This document shows positions 11,850 to 24,773 of a DNA stretch of 64,000 nucleotides, one piece after another; within the stretch, counting starts at the first letter, position 1, and each line of letters opens with the position of its first letter. Under the pieces are notes generated by a model. The model was not told the origin of the DNA and made no database searches. It saw only the letters and a list, made by a program, of their open reading frames with translations. The translations under genes were made by a program, and so were the position numbers. This DNA comes from Trypanosoma brucei. Lineage: Eukaryota. Where the stretch lies: positions 32,001-96,000 of the forward strand of contig CP000071.1 in assembly GCA_000002445.1 (NCBI GenBank). The letters are read 5' to 3'.

Positions 11850-13373
11850 ATGGCTAAAAAAGCATTAGGCTTCGCTCCAGTTGCAACTCTAATAATTGTG
11901 TTGTCACCGTCTTCAATTCACGCCAACGTTGGACCAGGAGACAACGCCGCGGAGTTCAATATCTTGTGCGAAGTAATTTCTCTTGCCGAGAGCGCACCGA
12001 CGCTACCTACCGTCCAACCAGCACCCACTTCGCAATACGATGAACTCTTCAGACTAAATATGACGGCTGCTGACGAGAAGTGGCAAAAAATGTTCTTAAA
12101 AACAGCCGACCCCAAAGTGTGGCACCAAACGCGGCCGGAAAGCATCACTGACCCTGGAGGTTAGGACAGTAACTGGGCAAGCTGGGCCAAAGCTGCAGAG
12201 GAAATAACACAAGATGCCAAAATGGCTGAAATCAAAAAGTTGAAGCTGGAAGAAGCAAACCCAAATCAGTTAACTCAAATAAGGACGGAACTGAAAAAAC
12301 TGGCAACCGCGGCCAAAAGTAAAATGGCTGAGCGCCAGGCGCTGCAGGACAAACTCAGTAAACCTGCAGGCAACCTAGCTGAAACGCTCAAAGACATAGC
12401 GTATGGAAACAAGCAACAGACGCGCGACACCGTACTCGCAGCCAACAGTTTTGGCGGTGGACCGGCAGCGTATACCACAGTATGCTGAGGCACGGCAACA
12501 AACAACAAACTAACAACGGTAGCGGGCACCATAGCCTGCCTCTGCAACAAAGCAGTGGCGAACGGCGAATCAGCAGTATGCGGGAGATCAGAAAAACTCT
12601 CAACTTCGACGTGGACAGTCGGCAGCGGCCCGGACGACGATGTCATAAGAGAGCCACTGACATTCTGCAACAAATATAGCCCGAAGGAACTCACTTCAGC
12701 ATCCGTATACCGCGTTTTAGAAAGCATCAGCCGCCACATCAAGGTTTCCGGGACAGACGGAATACTGGGAAAACAGCACGCCGGCTCCTGTAAAGGAGCG
12801 AAAACTGACGGCATCTGCATCAAACTAACAGGTTGGGCCGCCGACAGGCATGCAGATATAACAAAACTACAATGGGCACAGAAGCTCAAAACACTGGCGG
12901 ACGAAGTGCAACAACGAGAAGAAGCAGCAACCGAAGCAAAACAAGTTGACGACGACATTATAAAACTGCATGCGGAAGCAATGTTGGTAAGGGAAAATAC
13001 GCGACACATTCAGGAAACGGCTCGAAGCCTCGGAAGCGGAAAGCAGCCACCTACTTCTTCAGCGAAAGACACAAGCGCCGGATGCAAAAACCACACCAAC
13101 AAGACCGCAGAGCAATGCCAAACCCTTGTAAGCGACCATGATCCTGCAACTAACAAATGCAAACCTAAAACAGGAGCAGAAGCAACACTAGTGGGAACAG
13201 GAGAGGGAGTTGCAGGAGAACAAAAGAAAAGGGAGAAATGCAAGGGGAAATTAGAACCCGAATGCACCAAATCTCCCGAATGCAAATGGGATGGAAAAGA
13301 GTGCAAGGATTCCAGTTTTATCTTGAGCAATAAATTGGCCCTTATTGCTGATTTTATGAGTTTACTGTTTTAA
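11850..13373 (+). pseudogene. VSG: VSG pseudogene (frameshifts near 12165-12220 and 12480-12560)
   Basis: Signal peptide plus NAAEFNILCEVISLAE (11850..12164); 12222..12488; 12555..13373 ending ...CKGKLEPECTKSPECKWDGKECKDSSFILSNKLALIADFMSLLF*. Confidence 0.85.
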
Positions 13374-13450
13374 TTTCTAGCTCTTTCAGGATTTTTGTCC
13401 AATTTCATGAATTTTTTTAATTTTTGATTTAGAGGAAATTTTATAAAATA

Positions 13451-13466
13451 TGATATATTTTAACAC
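13451..13466 (+). promoter_or_regulatory. VSG 3'UTR conserved 16-mer, perfect TGATATATTTTAACAC
   Basis: Exact match about 80 nt downstream of the VSG stop at 13373. Confidence 0.85.
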
Positions 13467-13639
13467 TGTTTGATGAAAATGTTAAAGTTAGTGAAAAACG
13501 TGAAAAATTTTAAAATCTTATAATTTGATATGAAGGTAGCTTCTGAACGTATAGCAAAATGGTAGGATAAGAAATGTGAGTTCTATTATACCTTGCTATT
13601 ATTATTTTTTGTTTGTTTTATGGATTTTATTTGGTGTTA

Positions 13640-13772
13640 TAATAATGATAATGATAGGAGTGCGTTGTGAGTGTGTAAGTACGAATATTATAATAAGAGC
13701 AGTAATAATAATAATAATAATAGGAGAGTGTTGTGACTGTGTATATACTAATATTATAATAAGGTTAGTAAT
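13640..13772 (+). repeat. 70-bp repeats (2 copies)
   Basis: ...GATAGGAGTGCGTTGTGAGTGTGTAAGTACGAATATTATAATAAGAGCAG... and ...TAATAGGAGAGTGTTGTGACTGTGTATATACTAATATTATAATAAGG... Confidence 0.85.
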
Positions 13773-14607
13773 GAGAACTCAATGGACAACCACAATAGAA
13801 GCAGTTAAACAAAAGTAACGGTTGCTATGAGAGTGAGTTAGTGGGTGGGCCAGCTGATAAGAAATATTTATCAAAAGGAATATTGCTATAGAAAAAGCGG
13901 AACAGTAGGGACGTGTAATATGCTCAGCTTAAATCACAAGCACATGATGGAGATAATAATAAGGTGTAGAAAGAGAGAAAGAGAGCACGGTTTACAAGCC
14001 AAATGTATTCGTTATATATAGAAGCGGCGATACCAGAGGAAAAAGGAAAAAGGAAAAATGAAAAATTTCGACGAAATGACAGACTAGGTGGAAGCCCGGC
14101 GAACAATGATACATCAGGAGCAAACAATGATGTGCCATTTTTACACAACAATGGATAGATGATACAGAGGAGATGATGGTAGTGACTCTGATTTTTTATA
14201 TAATGGGGTAGGTTAATGTTAAACAATAACCAAAAAAAACGCTGAGGATTCGAAGGTTAAATTTGGGGTATTATTTTTTAACGGTGACAATAATGCAGAA
14301 AAGGTTTAATAGATAATGGCCAAATATGCATTACATTTGCTCCAAAAACCAAAAACCGCGATTGCTAACATAAATACAGCGAGCAGTACCGACGTATACG
14401 TCGCTAAAAGCTAAGTAAAAATACGCTAGCACAAAAGTCGAGACAGGAAAAAACTGTAATCTCGTGAAATACAGCACAGAACCAAATCCACAACCCTTTT
14501 AAAGCTGAAAAAATGACAATCAAATATAGAAACATCGCGAAAGTAAACAGTCAACAAAGGGGGAGGGAACATCAGAGATAGGCATATTAGAACCTTCAAA
14601 AACGGTA

Positions 14608-16055
14608 ATGCAAATAGAATCAGTACGCTCAGCTGTTGCTATAACAGTGCTCCACCTACTGACAAAACCAACAGACGGAGGAAACAACCACATCGGCTAT
14701 GCAGCGTGGAAAAAGGCCTGTGACTTTGCGGCCGACCTAGCGAAAGCGCCAAGCAGAACAGTCTGGTTCGCACTAAAAGATACTAAAAGGGCTGAAACGG
14801 CGATTACGTTATCACTCGCAGCGCTTGCAAGAGCAGCAATAATAACCGATGCCAATGAAAGCCTTGCGCTCAATGCTTTATCTTCAGCGGCACTAAACAC
14901 CGCCTCACTCAGCCTAAACAAGCTGGAGGCCGAAACGCTTCAAAATGTTGAGGCCGCGGCAGTAGCGTCGTGCCTCAAGGGCCACATCGAAGAAACTCTG
15001 ACAATCCTTCGGGACGCACCTTCGAGCAGTCGCTGGTGCCTAAACGTCCGAGAAGACGGCGCCAAAGCAGCAGGTGACGCGATGCTAAGTCAATGCACAG
15101 ACAAACTGTCGACCCTCACGGCAGCAGAAAAAAAACTCAGCAGCGCAAAAACAACATCTGCAGGGTTCTCAGAGCTGACGCGCGTTAAATCGAACCTAGC
15201 AGAAACAACCACAGACGACAACAAATGTGTACTCACCGCAGCCAGGAACACCGGCAACACAAATTCAATCCAGACAAACAAAAAAATCATGGGCGGCATA
15301 CTCAAATTCACAGGAGATGGCGACGCCGAACTGCTACCACACAACACCAGAAAGAAACCACAGACAAGACCGGGCGGTGGCAAGGAGATAATCGACTTGG
15401 CGCACCATTTACTCAGCGCCCTAGAGAACCGACAAACGACTGCAGCGGAGGCAACGCAACAGAACCTCATAAACACCATAGCGACCGAAAGCACGATAAA
15501 GCCAATAATAGCGGATCTGGCGGTACAAACCGGGCTAACGCGGAATGGAGACCCGGCGAACCAGAAGGCGGAAGGAACATTCAAAAGAATGGCAGGAGAT
15601 GCTGGCGCCAACCTAAAAAAGTTGTGGGTCAGTTTACAAAATACACCAATAGATAAACAACAGGCAGAAAAATCTGAGACAGACACTGTGGCTGAACTTA
15701 ACACACCAAAGAAACTGATTCAATATCTCAGTTACAAAATCACCACAGATAAATTCCAAATTCGCCTGCTACAAGCTAAAAACGCCAAACTAAAAGCGGA
15801 AGCCAAAAATGGCAAAAAAGAAGTAAAATCAATAGAGAAAAATTGAAATGAAAAAACAGATGCCGAAAAGTGCAATGATGACAAAAACTGCAAATATGAT
15901 GAAACCAAAAAAGAGGGACCAAAATGTGTATTGAGTGAGAAAAGCAAAAAGGAAGCAGAAAAAACGAGAGAAAAGGTGACAAAACTTCAAACACCACAGG
16001 AAGCAATTCCTTTGTAATCAACCGTCACCCTTTTATTGCATTTTTGCTTCTATAA
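14608..16055 (+). pseudogene. VSG: VSG with intact 412-aa N-terminal-domain ORF (14608..15846) but frameshifted C-terminal domain (15847..16055)
   Basis: ORF 14608..15846 with signal peptide. Downstream in two other frames: ...KCNDDKNCKYDETKKEGPKCVLSEKSKKEAEK... and GSNSFVINRHPFIAFLLL* (17-aa GPI signal class). Confidence 0.8.
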
Positions 16056-16067
16056 AAATTTTAGGTT

Positions 16068-16112
16068 TTTCCCCCTCTTTAAAAAACTTTGCTATTTGAT
16101 ATATTTTAATAT
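16068..16112 (+). promoter_or_regulatory. VSG 3'UTR elements: pyrimidine tract TTTTTCCCCCTCTTT plus 16-mer variant TGATATATTTTAATAT
   Basis: Seen directly after the VSG stop at 16055. Confidence 0.6.
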
Positions 16113-16282
16113 TTTTTAATTAAAATATGAAAGCTCAGATTTTCAATATATGAAATTGTAAGATTAAAATCGACTATGGGCGCTAAGAAGTATGGTGGCA
16201 GGGAATAAAAAATAAGTGATACTCTAACTTGGTTTTTTATTTTGTTTTATAGATATTGAGTAGGTTATAATAGTAAAACTAG

Positions 16283-16325
16283 TATGATGATAATGATAAT
16301 GATAATGATAACGATGATAATTATG
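16283..16325 (+). repeat. (ATGATA)n tract, probably a remnant of the 70-bp repeat 5' half
   Basis: GATGATAATGATAATGATAATGATAACGATGATAA. Lacks the GTGTTGTGAGTGTG core. Confidence 0.35.
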
Positions 16326-17738
16326 AACGGACAAAATAGAAGCACACAAAAAATAGCATGGGTGAAATGTGAGTAACTTATGTGAAGAAATGATGAGGAT
16401 TATTGCTAAAAACTTGTAGGAAAAAGAGATGGAGATATAATATGTGCAGTTTTTTCATTATACGGTTACCTTCACGAATATCAAATGTTCTATACATACA
16501 TCCTGTGAGGCTACTTCTTTAGTTGATATGTTTCCTATTCTCACGCTCCGCCATTCACTCCCTCCTGTGGGGCCTGGATAACAGCGTCTTGTTGAGGAAC
16601 ACGCTTTTGAATATTGTCTTCCACCATTTGAGGAAAATATCACTTGCTGTTATCCGAATGTGTTGCATGACACCAGTGAATATTTAGAATGATGGTGACC
16701 TTTCTCTCTTGATTCGCAGTCGGGTTATCAATTTGTTCGTGTCTATGGTAAGAACCGAATTTGCCGTTGGAAAGAAGACTGCCCTTAAGAAGATCACCAG
16801 CTTAACACTGAAGTATATATCTTCCTTTTTCGGAATGACTACTACATTCTAAGACCTGAGTTTACTCAAAGATGGACACTGCAACAGGTGAGCCGATGTT
16901 TCTTTGCATTCCTTTCTTACCTTATTTCATCTATCAGAGCCACGTGCCTGCCTGTGTGCTGCTTGAATTTGCAATGTTAGATATTGCTTGTGTGCGCATA
17001 CCTTCTAGCAGTGTGGGAATTGGTGCTAGAGAGAGGCCAGTGGCGTGATTTAAAGGGATTCTTTTTCACACTCTCTCTTCACAGTGATTGCATTTTTGTG
17101 GTGTGTTCTGGTATGCCATACTAGTGTATACCATGACATGTAGGTGTTCTCACACCTTCCACATGCAAACTCTCTACGAGGGTTCTCTGTATGCCCTCAA
17201 GTCCTTATGCCGTTTGTGTTTCAGCTCCTCTCTCTGACCGCATATATTTTCTCGTCTGCTGGAGTGTCATGCTCGGTCTCTCTTTTTCTCTTTCTTGTCA
17301 TGGAGTTCAAGTTTTGTGTGTGTGACGAGTCTGAGTTGAGAAGTGCTCTATTTATTGAGTGAGGCTTCAATCCATTTTTTGTAGTGGTTTCTAGTTGTGT
17401 ATCTCCACTGTGGGGGGTGTTCACCTTCTTACTTTTTTAGTCCGAGTTCTCGATACTCACGCACTTTTGTGTGTATCAGTCACGTCTTGCTCTTGAAACA
17501 CCTCTTGCATTTGTGGAAAACATAAAGTAGTGGCTCATTGTCATCCTCATTTTTGTTTTCACCACTATTGTCTTCCGTTACTTGCAACTTTGACATCTTC
17601 TTTGTCATTTTACTTAACTTTAACAGTTGGGGTATGAGTAAGATATCATGCCCGGGGTGTTTTATATTCATATGGCGTAACATCCAGTTGTGGTGATATT
17701 CTTTACCGCATATCTTACATGTTTCTCTCCGACACTAT

Positions 17739-18245
17739 TTATTGTAGTGGTGCACGTGGTTCCCCTTCACTCTGCTTCGAATTGTACTTATGTCTGTTGA
17801 GCCAGGTTTTGCTTTTATACACCTGTTTGCAGCTAAGACATTTGTATGCTTGTGGTGCTTCCCATTGTTCATCTTTACTGCTATCATCCTGTATTTCCGT
17901 TTGTTGTGTCACTTCGGTTTGCTTTTCAGGATGTTTCAGGCGCATATGCCTATCCAACCAGCCATACGTGACATGCTGCTTCGGAAGCCATTGACACTTG
18001 TGGAGAGTAGGTAACGACTGTTCTTCTCGTTTCCTCTTTTGTCGCTCTGTCCATACTAGTGGAGTTGTCAAAGTGTATTGTGGCACATGTTGTTGCAGTA
18101 GTCCCTTTCTGTCGAATACTTTACAACATACGTGACATCGATAGACAATCTCACATGCCTGTTCTGCTCTCTGAGCAATCGTTAATACAGCTAGCGTATA
18201 TTGACGAACACACTGATGTATTTTCATCATGTGAAGAACTTCCAC
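17739..18245 (-). pseudogene. DIRE C-terminal C2H2 zinc-finger domain fragment
   Basis: YRCHVCCKVFDRKGLLQQH and YKCLSCKQVYKSKTWLNRH motifs. Homologous to ingi C-terminus 24774..26126. Confidence 0.55.
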
Positions 18246-19743
18246 TTACCGTCTTGCACATACGATATTGCAAACTGGGAATATGATATGGTAATTCTGT
18301 ATTGTAGCTATTGCCACCTTGCGTTCCTCAGTTTCTTCTATCTTTAGAGTGTTTTGAGTTTGTGCAGTGTAATTTCTGAGATTGTTCCCCGTGTACTTTG
18401 TACACCATCTGCGCTTCAGTTATTCACCTGTTCATGTGATCACCCTATGTGTCCATCCAAAATGTTTTGAAGTCCCTGTTTTAAATTGAGCCAACAGTGA
18501 CTCATCATACATGTCTAGCGCCTTCATTTTGTATGTCTGTTTTACATGGTTTAGTAAAGCGCTGCGGTGTGTGTTTTTGTGCCGGTCTTCCACAAATTCG
18601 CGTCGTGTCTGAATACATAATTGGCGCGTTATACCTGTGACAATGTTGGTGATCTGTGAACTACAAATTGACGGCATATGTTTTTCTTTGTTTGGAAGCT
18701 CGTCTGTTTTGGCATTTCTCGGGATGCCGCAATTAAAAAACACAAACTGAAACGACATGTCTACTCTCAGTTTCATGAAGTGTATGATCAAATTCTATAT
18801 GCGTCGTAGTATGCAATCTGTCACTACCGCAGGACCGTTTTAAGTGCAATTAACAAAGATAAAGAGTCTGTGAATATTGCCACTTTCGTTTTTCTACTCT
18901 CGTTGATCTTTATTACTGACTTAAGTTTCATAAGTCTTGCCTCCATGGCTACACACTAGGCTCTGTATCTGCATGCTAACCTGCCTGCTTTTTTCTTTAC
19001 TTTTACTGCATTACCTCGTCTAGGGTATATTATCGCGCCGGCACCAGAGGATTCTTCCAGTATCACTGACCCATCCGCCCACACTTTATAATCGTAGTCT
19101 TTGAATCTACGTACCCTTTGTATTGTGTGCCTTTTCTTTTCTCTGTCACAAGCGTTAGAATGGAGACCACCTGGTGTTGTGGTGTTGAAGTATGGTCTCC
19201 TCGCCAGTTGCCATATGCTTGCCGTGTGTGGCTTCTCCGGTCTGCCCACTTCCTCATACGGGTGTGACACACTCTGCAGGCACGTGTGCATCGGATAATT
19301 AGGTGGTAACATTTTCCCACTGTATCAGCTGATGCCTTACCTTTCGCTCTACTTTTTAAATATTATTCTATTGCTCTTCTGTGAGCAATATTATCTCTTG
19401 TGAGGGCTGGACTCCTTCATGGCATCTTGCGAATTTGTATACTTTGAAATACCAGCGATAACATGTGCCTCCTGTGCTTGTACTTGTTCAAGCTTCTCCT
19501 TGTTTGATGGAGAAGCTTTGAACAAACATGCTGCGATACCATAGCACACCTTTCCCTGGATTAAGGTTAAGTAAAATGTTCGGACGCTTTCTTTACTCGC
19601 TTTCCATTCACGTGGTGCAACAGCCCTTAGTTTTATTAATCTCATAATTCCTTTTGTTTGTAAGGTACATGTGCTATTTGCTTACTCAGCCCTTTGTGTG
19701 GCTGTATTCTCATCCCAAGGAGTCTGGAATTTCTCTTCTTTTT

Positions 19744-20358
19744 TTACCTATGCTCTTCCAGAATTAGGTGCAATGAGTCTCTGTCTCTCACCTCAAAGAG
19801 TGTGAATTCCATCTTTGTTTTTGCAGACACCTCCATATAGTGCCCTGTTGACCAGGTCGCTATACAATCCAATCCTGTTTGCAGCGTCTGCCGAATAGCT
19901 TCTCGGTCAGTGTTAGAGCATACTATCGTGAAGTCGCCTGCGAAGAAGCAGTGTTTAATGGCTACAATGGCATTTAATTTCGCGCTTAGGGAGTCCATTG
20001 CAATAGTGAATGGCAACGGCGTCAAAACGGAAACTTGTGTAACACCACATGTGAGTTGTATTTTCTTTGAGAGGGTGTTGTTTATTCGTACTAATGCAGT
20101 CCGTCCCTCCAGAAAATTTGCAAACCACGAAATGAGGTGCATGTCTGCCTCATATCTTATTAATGCATCTATTATGCACATGCAATCCATATAGTCAAAT
20201 GACCTCGCATAATCTATGAATAACACAGCAGTTTTCTCTCCTGCTACTCTATATTTCACTAAGTCTGTGAGTGCCATTAGAGCGTCTAACAACATATATC
20301 TGCCCGAACGAAAGCCACATTGCTGAGGTTTCATCTTACACTCTACTTTGTCTCGCAT
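19744..20358 (-). pseudogene. DIRE reverse-transcriptase domain fragment
   Basis: QQCGFRSGRYMLLDAL...VLFIDYARSFDYMD...LTCGVTQVSVLTPLPF, parallel to the ingi RT region (QQSGFRPGCST...VFVDYEKAFDTVDHD...GVPQGTVLGP). Confidence 0.6.
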
Positions 20359-21742
20359 TTATTGCGCTACGATCCTCTCCATGAGATTACAGAGGATGTT
20401 AGTGAGTGTAATGGGTCAAAACGATGACATACACTTGGCCACTTTGTTGAGGTTGAGTAGTGTGACAATAACACCATGATTTCACTTCTCCGGCACCCGG
20501 TGTCTCTGTAGCCTACAGTTGAAGAGCTTGAGAACACATATTTCTTTATACGGTGTCCTAATTGCTTCAACTGTTCACAATGTATACATTCCTTATCGGT
20601 GTAACTTCCTGAATATAATTCCTTCAGTGCTGTCTCAAGTTCTGCCTCGTTATTGGTGCGAATTCTCCGCTCGCACGGTATGGTATACTCATGGGAGGAG
20701 AATCTGGTGATTTCGTCGACTGCTCTCTATATATCTGTGCTAGTTTATTAGTTTGCTGTCTGAGTGTTAGAGAATGGTCATTCAAAACCAGAACTGGAGA
20801 TGACAGTGGCCTCGGTTCATATATGGATTTAACTAAATTCTAACTTTTTGTATCAGTCACTGACATATTCGACACATTTTCCTTCCAATGTTGTAGGGAC
20901 GTTTCAGCGAGAACCTTCCTTCTCTTGTATGTAAGGACATCTCTCTGTGCTTCTCATTTGTGCACTCCCTTATTCTCGTGTCTATTCCAGTCAGTTGTCG
21001 TGTCCAGAACGGTGGAGATACATCCTTACCTTTCGGTATTGTTTTATTTGACGCTTTGAAAATTCGTTTAGTTACTGCCTCATTCATGGCATTCATGTTC
21101 TTTCTCGATTTCCTTAATTTTTTCAACATCATTATACCACACACTTTTCGAAACTACCGCCAATTTGCTTTGTTCCAAACATAAAACGCCCTTTGTGGCG
21201 TTGTAATTGCGACAATTTCCACACCAATTCCAATACACACCTCAAACTCCATCCAGCAGTGGTCACAACCTGGACTGAGGTTTGCCTCCCATCTTGTGAC
21301 TTCGCAGTCTCTGTACATCGTAATGTCGGACGACGACCTAATTGCCGTTTGTGGAATTCCTCTCGTTGGTGTACCATCATTTTGCATTTCTGACATCGTT
21401 TTGTAGACACCAGTCTATAACGCAGTATTCCGCTGCATCATTTGACCGAAGCGGGTCAAATAACTCATGATCTGCGTTACTGTCTGATCCTATTACTAGT
21501 GGTCCCTGGCGATGCCGGCCACCTCAACGTGGTGCCAGGGTCCAGTACACCGTATCATTGGGTGAAGCCAAGAGCCAGCAGCGTTCCTTTCATGGGGAAC
21601 ACTGCTTTGCTCCGGCTACGGCATAATACAGCACAGGGATCAGCAGCATCTTGCTGGGACAGTGTTCTTCATTTGTCGGTCCCTGGGCACGTGCCAGCGT
21701 GCCATCAGCAGTATCATCCGCACTAAGATGCTGCGGTCCGGT

Positions 21743-21766
21743 GATGTGGAAGAGAATCCCGGCCCG
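21743..21766 (+). other. 2A-like self-cleaving peptide motif DVEENPGP in ingi ORF 5' region
   Basis: gatgtggaagagaatcccggcccg, in frame with ORF 21662..21886 (…KMLRSGDVEENPGPSFPEM…) and upstream of the endonuclease domain. Confidence 0.8.
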
Positions 21767-22462
21767 TCGTTTCCCGAGATGCAGTGGAACTGCGCCGGGC
21801 TATCTCAAGGAAAGAGATTAGCACTCCACAAAACCCTTGTTGATGAGCGGATCGCCTTTTGTCTGTTGAGCGAGAGACAAGGATGACGCCTGGAGAGGAA
21901 GCTTGTTTAGCGTTGCTGGCTACCAACATCACGGAATAGCTCGTAACTGCAAAGGAGGTGGTGTATCAATACTAGTGAGGGAGGACCTGCCAGTCGAGAC
22001 AGGTATGGCCGTTGTTGGTCGCATTGAACAAGTGCATGCAACAATTCACCTTGCACGTGGAACGGCGCTGACTGTCACGTCGGCATACATCCCACCAAAA
22101 CACACCTTCACGACAAGTGACCTAGATACGCTTCTGACGACTGACGGTGCCCAGCTCTCATCGCTGCAGACGCTAACGCACACGCGTTGGCATGGGATCG
22201 CGCGAGCCCACCAAATACCAAGGGTGAAACCCTCACACAGTGGTGCATTGACAACCAGTTTCTGGTCTCCAACACTGGTGAGTGCACCAGGTACGCGCGC
22301 CACCACGGGGAGTCCAGCCCTGATGTGACACTGTCAAGGAATTGCACAGTGTACACGTGAACATCGCTGTATTCTCCCGATAGCGATCACCATCACATAT
22401 TTTTCGACGTTATCGTTGGAGAAGACACAGATGCACTGAGTTGCCCGCGGCTTCGAAAGCCC

Positions 22463-23989
22463 ATGTACGCATGGCTAAAAGCTAACTGGAGGAATTTCCG
22501 TCTCAAGGTTGACGAGCTCTGCAGGAAAATTGGTAGAGAGAAGAACGTCAACACCCTGGAACAGAAATTGAGCTCCGCCATCTGCATTGCGACGAAGGTC
22601 TCCGTCCCCCGTGGCTGCAGAGCAACGCCACCACATTGGACACCTGAGCTCGCGAAACTCGATGAAGAGATCGCTGGATGCGGACCCTCCCACCGAAGGG
22701 AAAAGTTGGTAGCCACGCGTAAGCAGATCCTGGACCGTACCACAAAGAAGAGATGGAGCACGCTATGCTCCAGACTTGCGGTGTCAGACCGCTGCAGTTG
22801 GTACATTGTCAAGAAGGTATATGCGCCACGACAACTAACCACACCGGCTGTACTTGTTGATAACGCGGCCATCACGGACTACCATCAAGCTGAGAGGTTC
22901 AGTAAACTGTACTCGTCCCGCGCAAGAAGGCACCCCGACTCACACCCAGCGGCACCCATAAAGACGATAGCGAGTGAGTTCAGTCCCATCACGATGGCTG
23001 AACTACGGAGATCGATCAAACTGCTACCGAGTGGATCCGCAGCCGGACCTGATTGCTTATACAAGGAGGCACTGCAACATCTCGGCAGAACAGCGCTGAA
23101 TGTTGTTCTGAGGCTATTCAATGAGAGCCTACGAACGGGAGTCGTGCCGCCTGCATGGAAAACCGGTGTTATCATCCCCATCCTGAAGGCCGGAAAAAAG
23201 GCGGAGGGCCTCGATTCTTACAGGCCTGTGACGCTCACGAGCTGTCTCTGCAAAGTCATGGAGCGCATAATTGCAGCAAAGCGTAGAGACACTGTTGAGT
23301 CCCAGCTGACGCCGCAGCAATCAGGTTTCCGCCCCGGATGCTCAACGCTCGAACAGCTGCTGCACGTCCGCGCTGCTCTCTGCCGCCCCACGCACTAATC
23401 TCGTACGGGTGCTGTATTCGTCGACTACGAGAAGGCATTCGATACAGTAGACCACGACAAAATTGCGAGGGAAATGCACAGAATGAAGGTATCACCCCAC
23501 ATTGTGAAGTGGTGCGTATCATTTCTGAGTAACCGAACTGGCAGAGTGAGATTCAAGGAGAAGCTTTTCAGAAGCAGAACATTTGAGCGAGGAGTGCCAC
23601 AAGGAACTGTCCTTGGCCCAATCATGTTCATTATTATCATGAACTCGTTGAGCCAGTTCCTTGCAGAAGTGCCGTTACTGCAGCACGGATTCTTTGCAGA
23701 CGACCTAACGCTACTTGCCAGGCACACAGAGAGGGATGTCATCAACCACACACTACAGTGCGGTCTAAACGTGGTGTTACAGTGGTCAAAAGAGTACTTC
23801 ATATCTGTCAACGTAGCAAAAACGAAGTGCACACTCTTCGGGTGTACAGAGTGCCACCCCCTTACATTACAACTGGAAGGCGAAAGAATTGGAGCTGACA
23901 GGACACCGAAGCTTCTAGGAGTAACATTCCAGTGTCTGCAAGGGATGGCAACACATGCGGCTGAAACGAGACGCAAGATGGACTTCTGA
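22463..23989 (+). pseudogene. ingi reverse-transcriptase region (two ORF fragments plus frameshifted FVDYEKAFD box at about 23400..23470)
   Basis: ORFs 22463..23398 and 23474..23989, with VFVDYEKAFDTVDHD in a third frame between them. Confidence 0.8.
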
Positions 23990-24773
23990 CTACTGCAGAT
24001 AGCAGCCATCTCAGCTCCTACATGGGGGCCAAGACGACAAGTACTGAGAGCCTTTTATCTAGCACTCGTACAGGCACATACCATGTATGGCATTGAGGTA
24101 TGGTACTGGGACGCTTCGGAACGAAGTCACGACCTCCTTGCATCAGCACAACATAAAGCCAGTCGCATCATAGCTGGCATACCGCATGGGACGCAAAGAG
24201 GATTCTATGCCGGAAGCAAACCTCCTGCTACTCAAGACGACCACTCTTGTGCGCAGCATGAAATTCATGCCGATGTGTGAGTCACGAGGCGGATGTTTGT
24301 GCCGCAGTGCTGAAGAAGTATACCACAGCAAACACCCACTCAGAGCCCTACATTCCCGCATCATGCGGTCCTACCCCTACATCTGCATTGAGCCACGCGA
24401 GCACCCACTAGAGACATCGACGCTCCGCCACAGTTGCCGACAGATATTTCACACGCAGATAAAGCCTGTGTGCGCTGATGACCCTGACGATGTCAAAAGG
24501 GAGGCTTCCGAAAAGTGGATTGAACGGCATTTTGCACGGATGGGGAAGGAGCCACCGCGGCGAGAGCACTACGAATTGTGGACTGATGGATCCGTGTCCC
24601 TCGGTGAGAAGACCGGGGCAGCTGCCCTGCTCTATAGAAACAACACGCTGATTTGTGCACCAAAGACCGGAGCAGGGGAACTCTCATGCAGTTACAGAGC
24701 GGAATGCGTAGCATTAGAGATAGGACTGTAACGGCTGCTGAAATGGCTTCCGGCATGCAGAAGCACACCGAGC

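Larger units (their letters stand above)
16447..21503 (-). mobile_element. Degenerate ingi/L1Tc-related non-LTR retroelement (DIRE-like), copy 1, minus orientation. Its 5' part continues at 26331..~27060 after the nested ingi.
   Basis: Minus-strand ORF fragments in retroelement order: C2H2 zinc finger 17739..18245, RNase H-like 18956..19312 (ADGSVILEESSGAGAIIYPRRG), reverse transcriptase 19744..20358 (FIDYARSFDYMD), AP-endonuclease-like 21154..21396 (DVTMYRDCEVTRWEA). About 80-96% identical to the copy at 45527..51213. Confidence 0.7.

Noticed and set aside
17144..17362. Plus-strand ORFs inside the DIRE copies (e.g. 17144..17362, 17719..17994, 46164..46442, 46828..47052)
   Set aside because: They are antisense to the retroelement coding direction, cysteine/leucine-rich and without domains. 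Chance ORFs.
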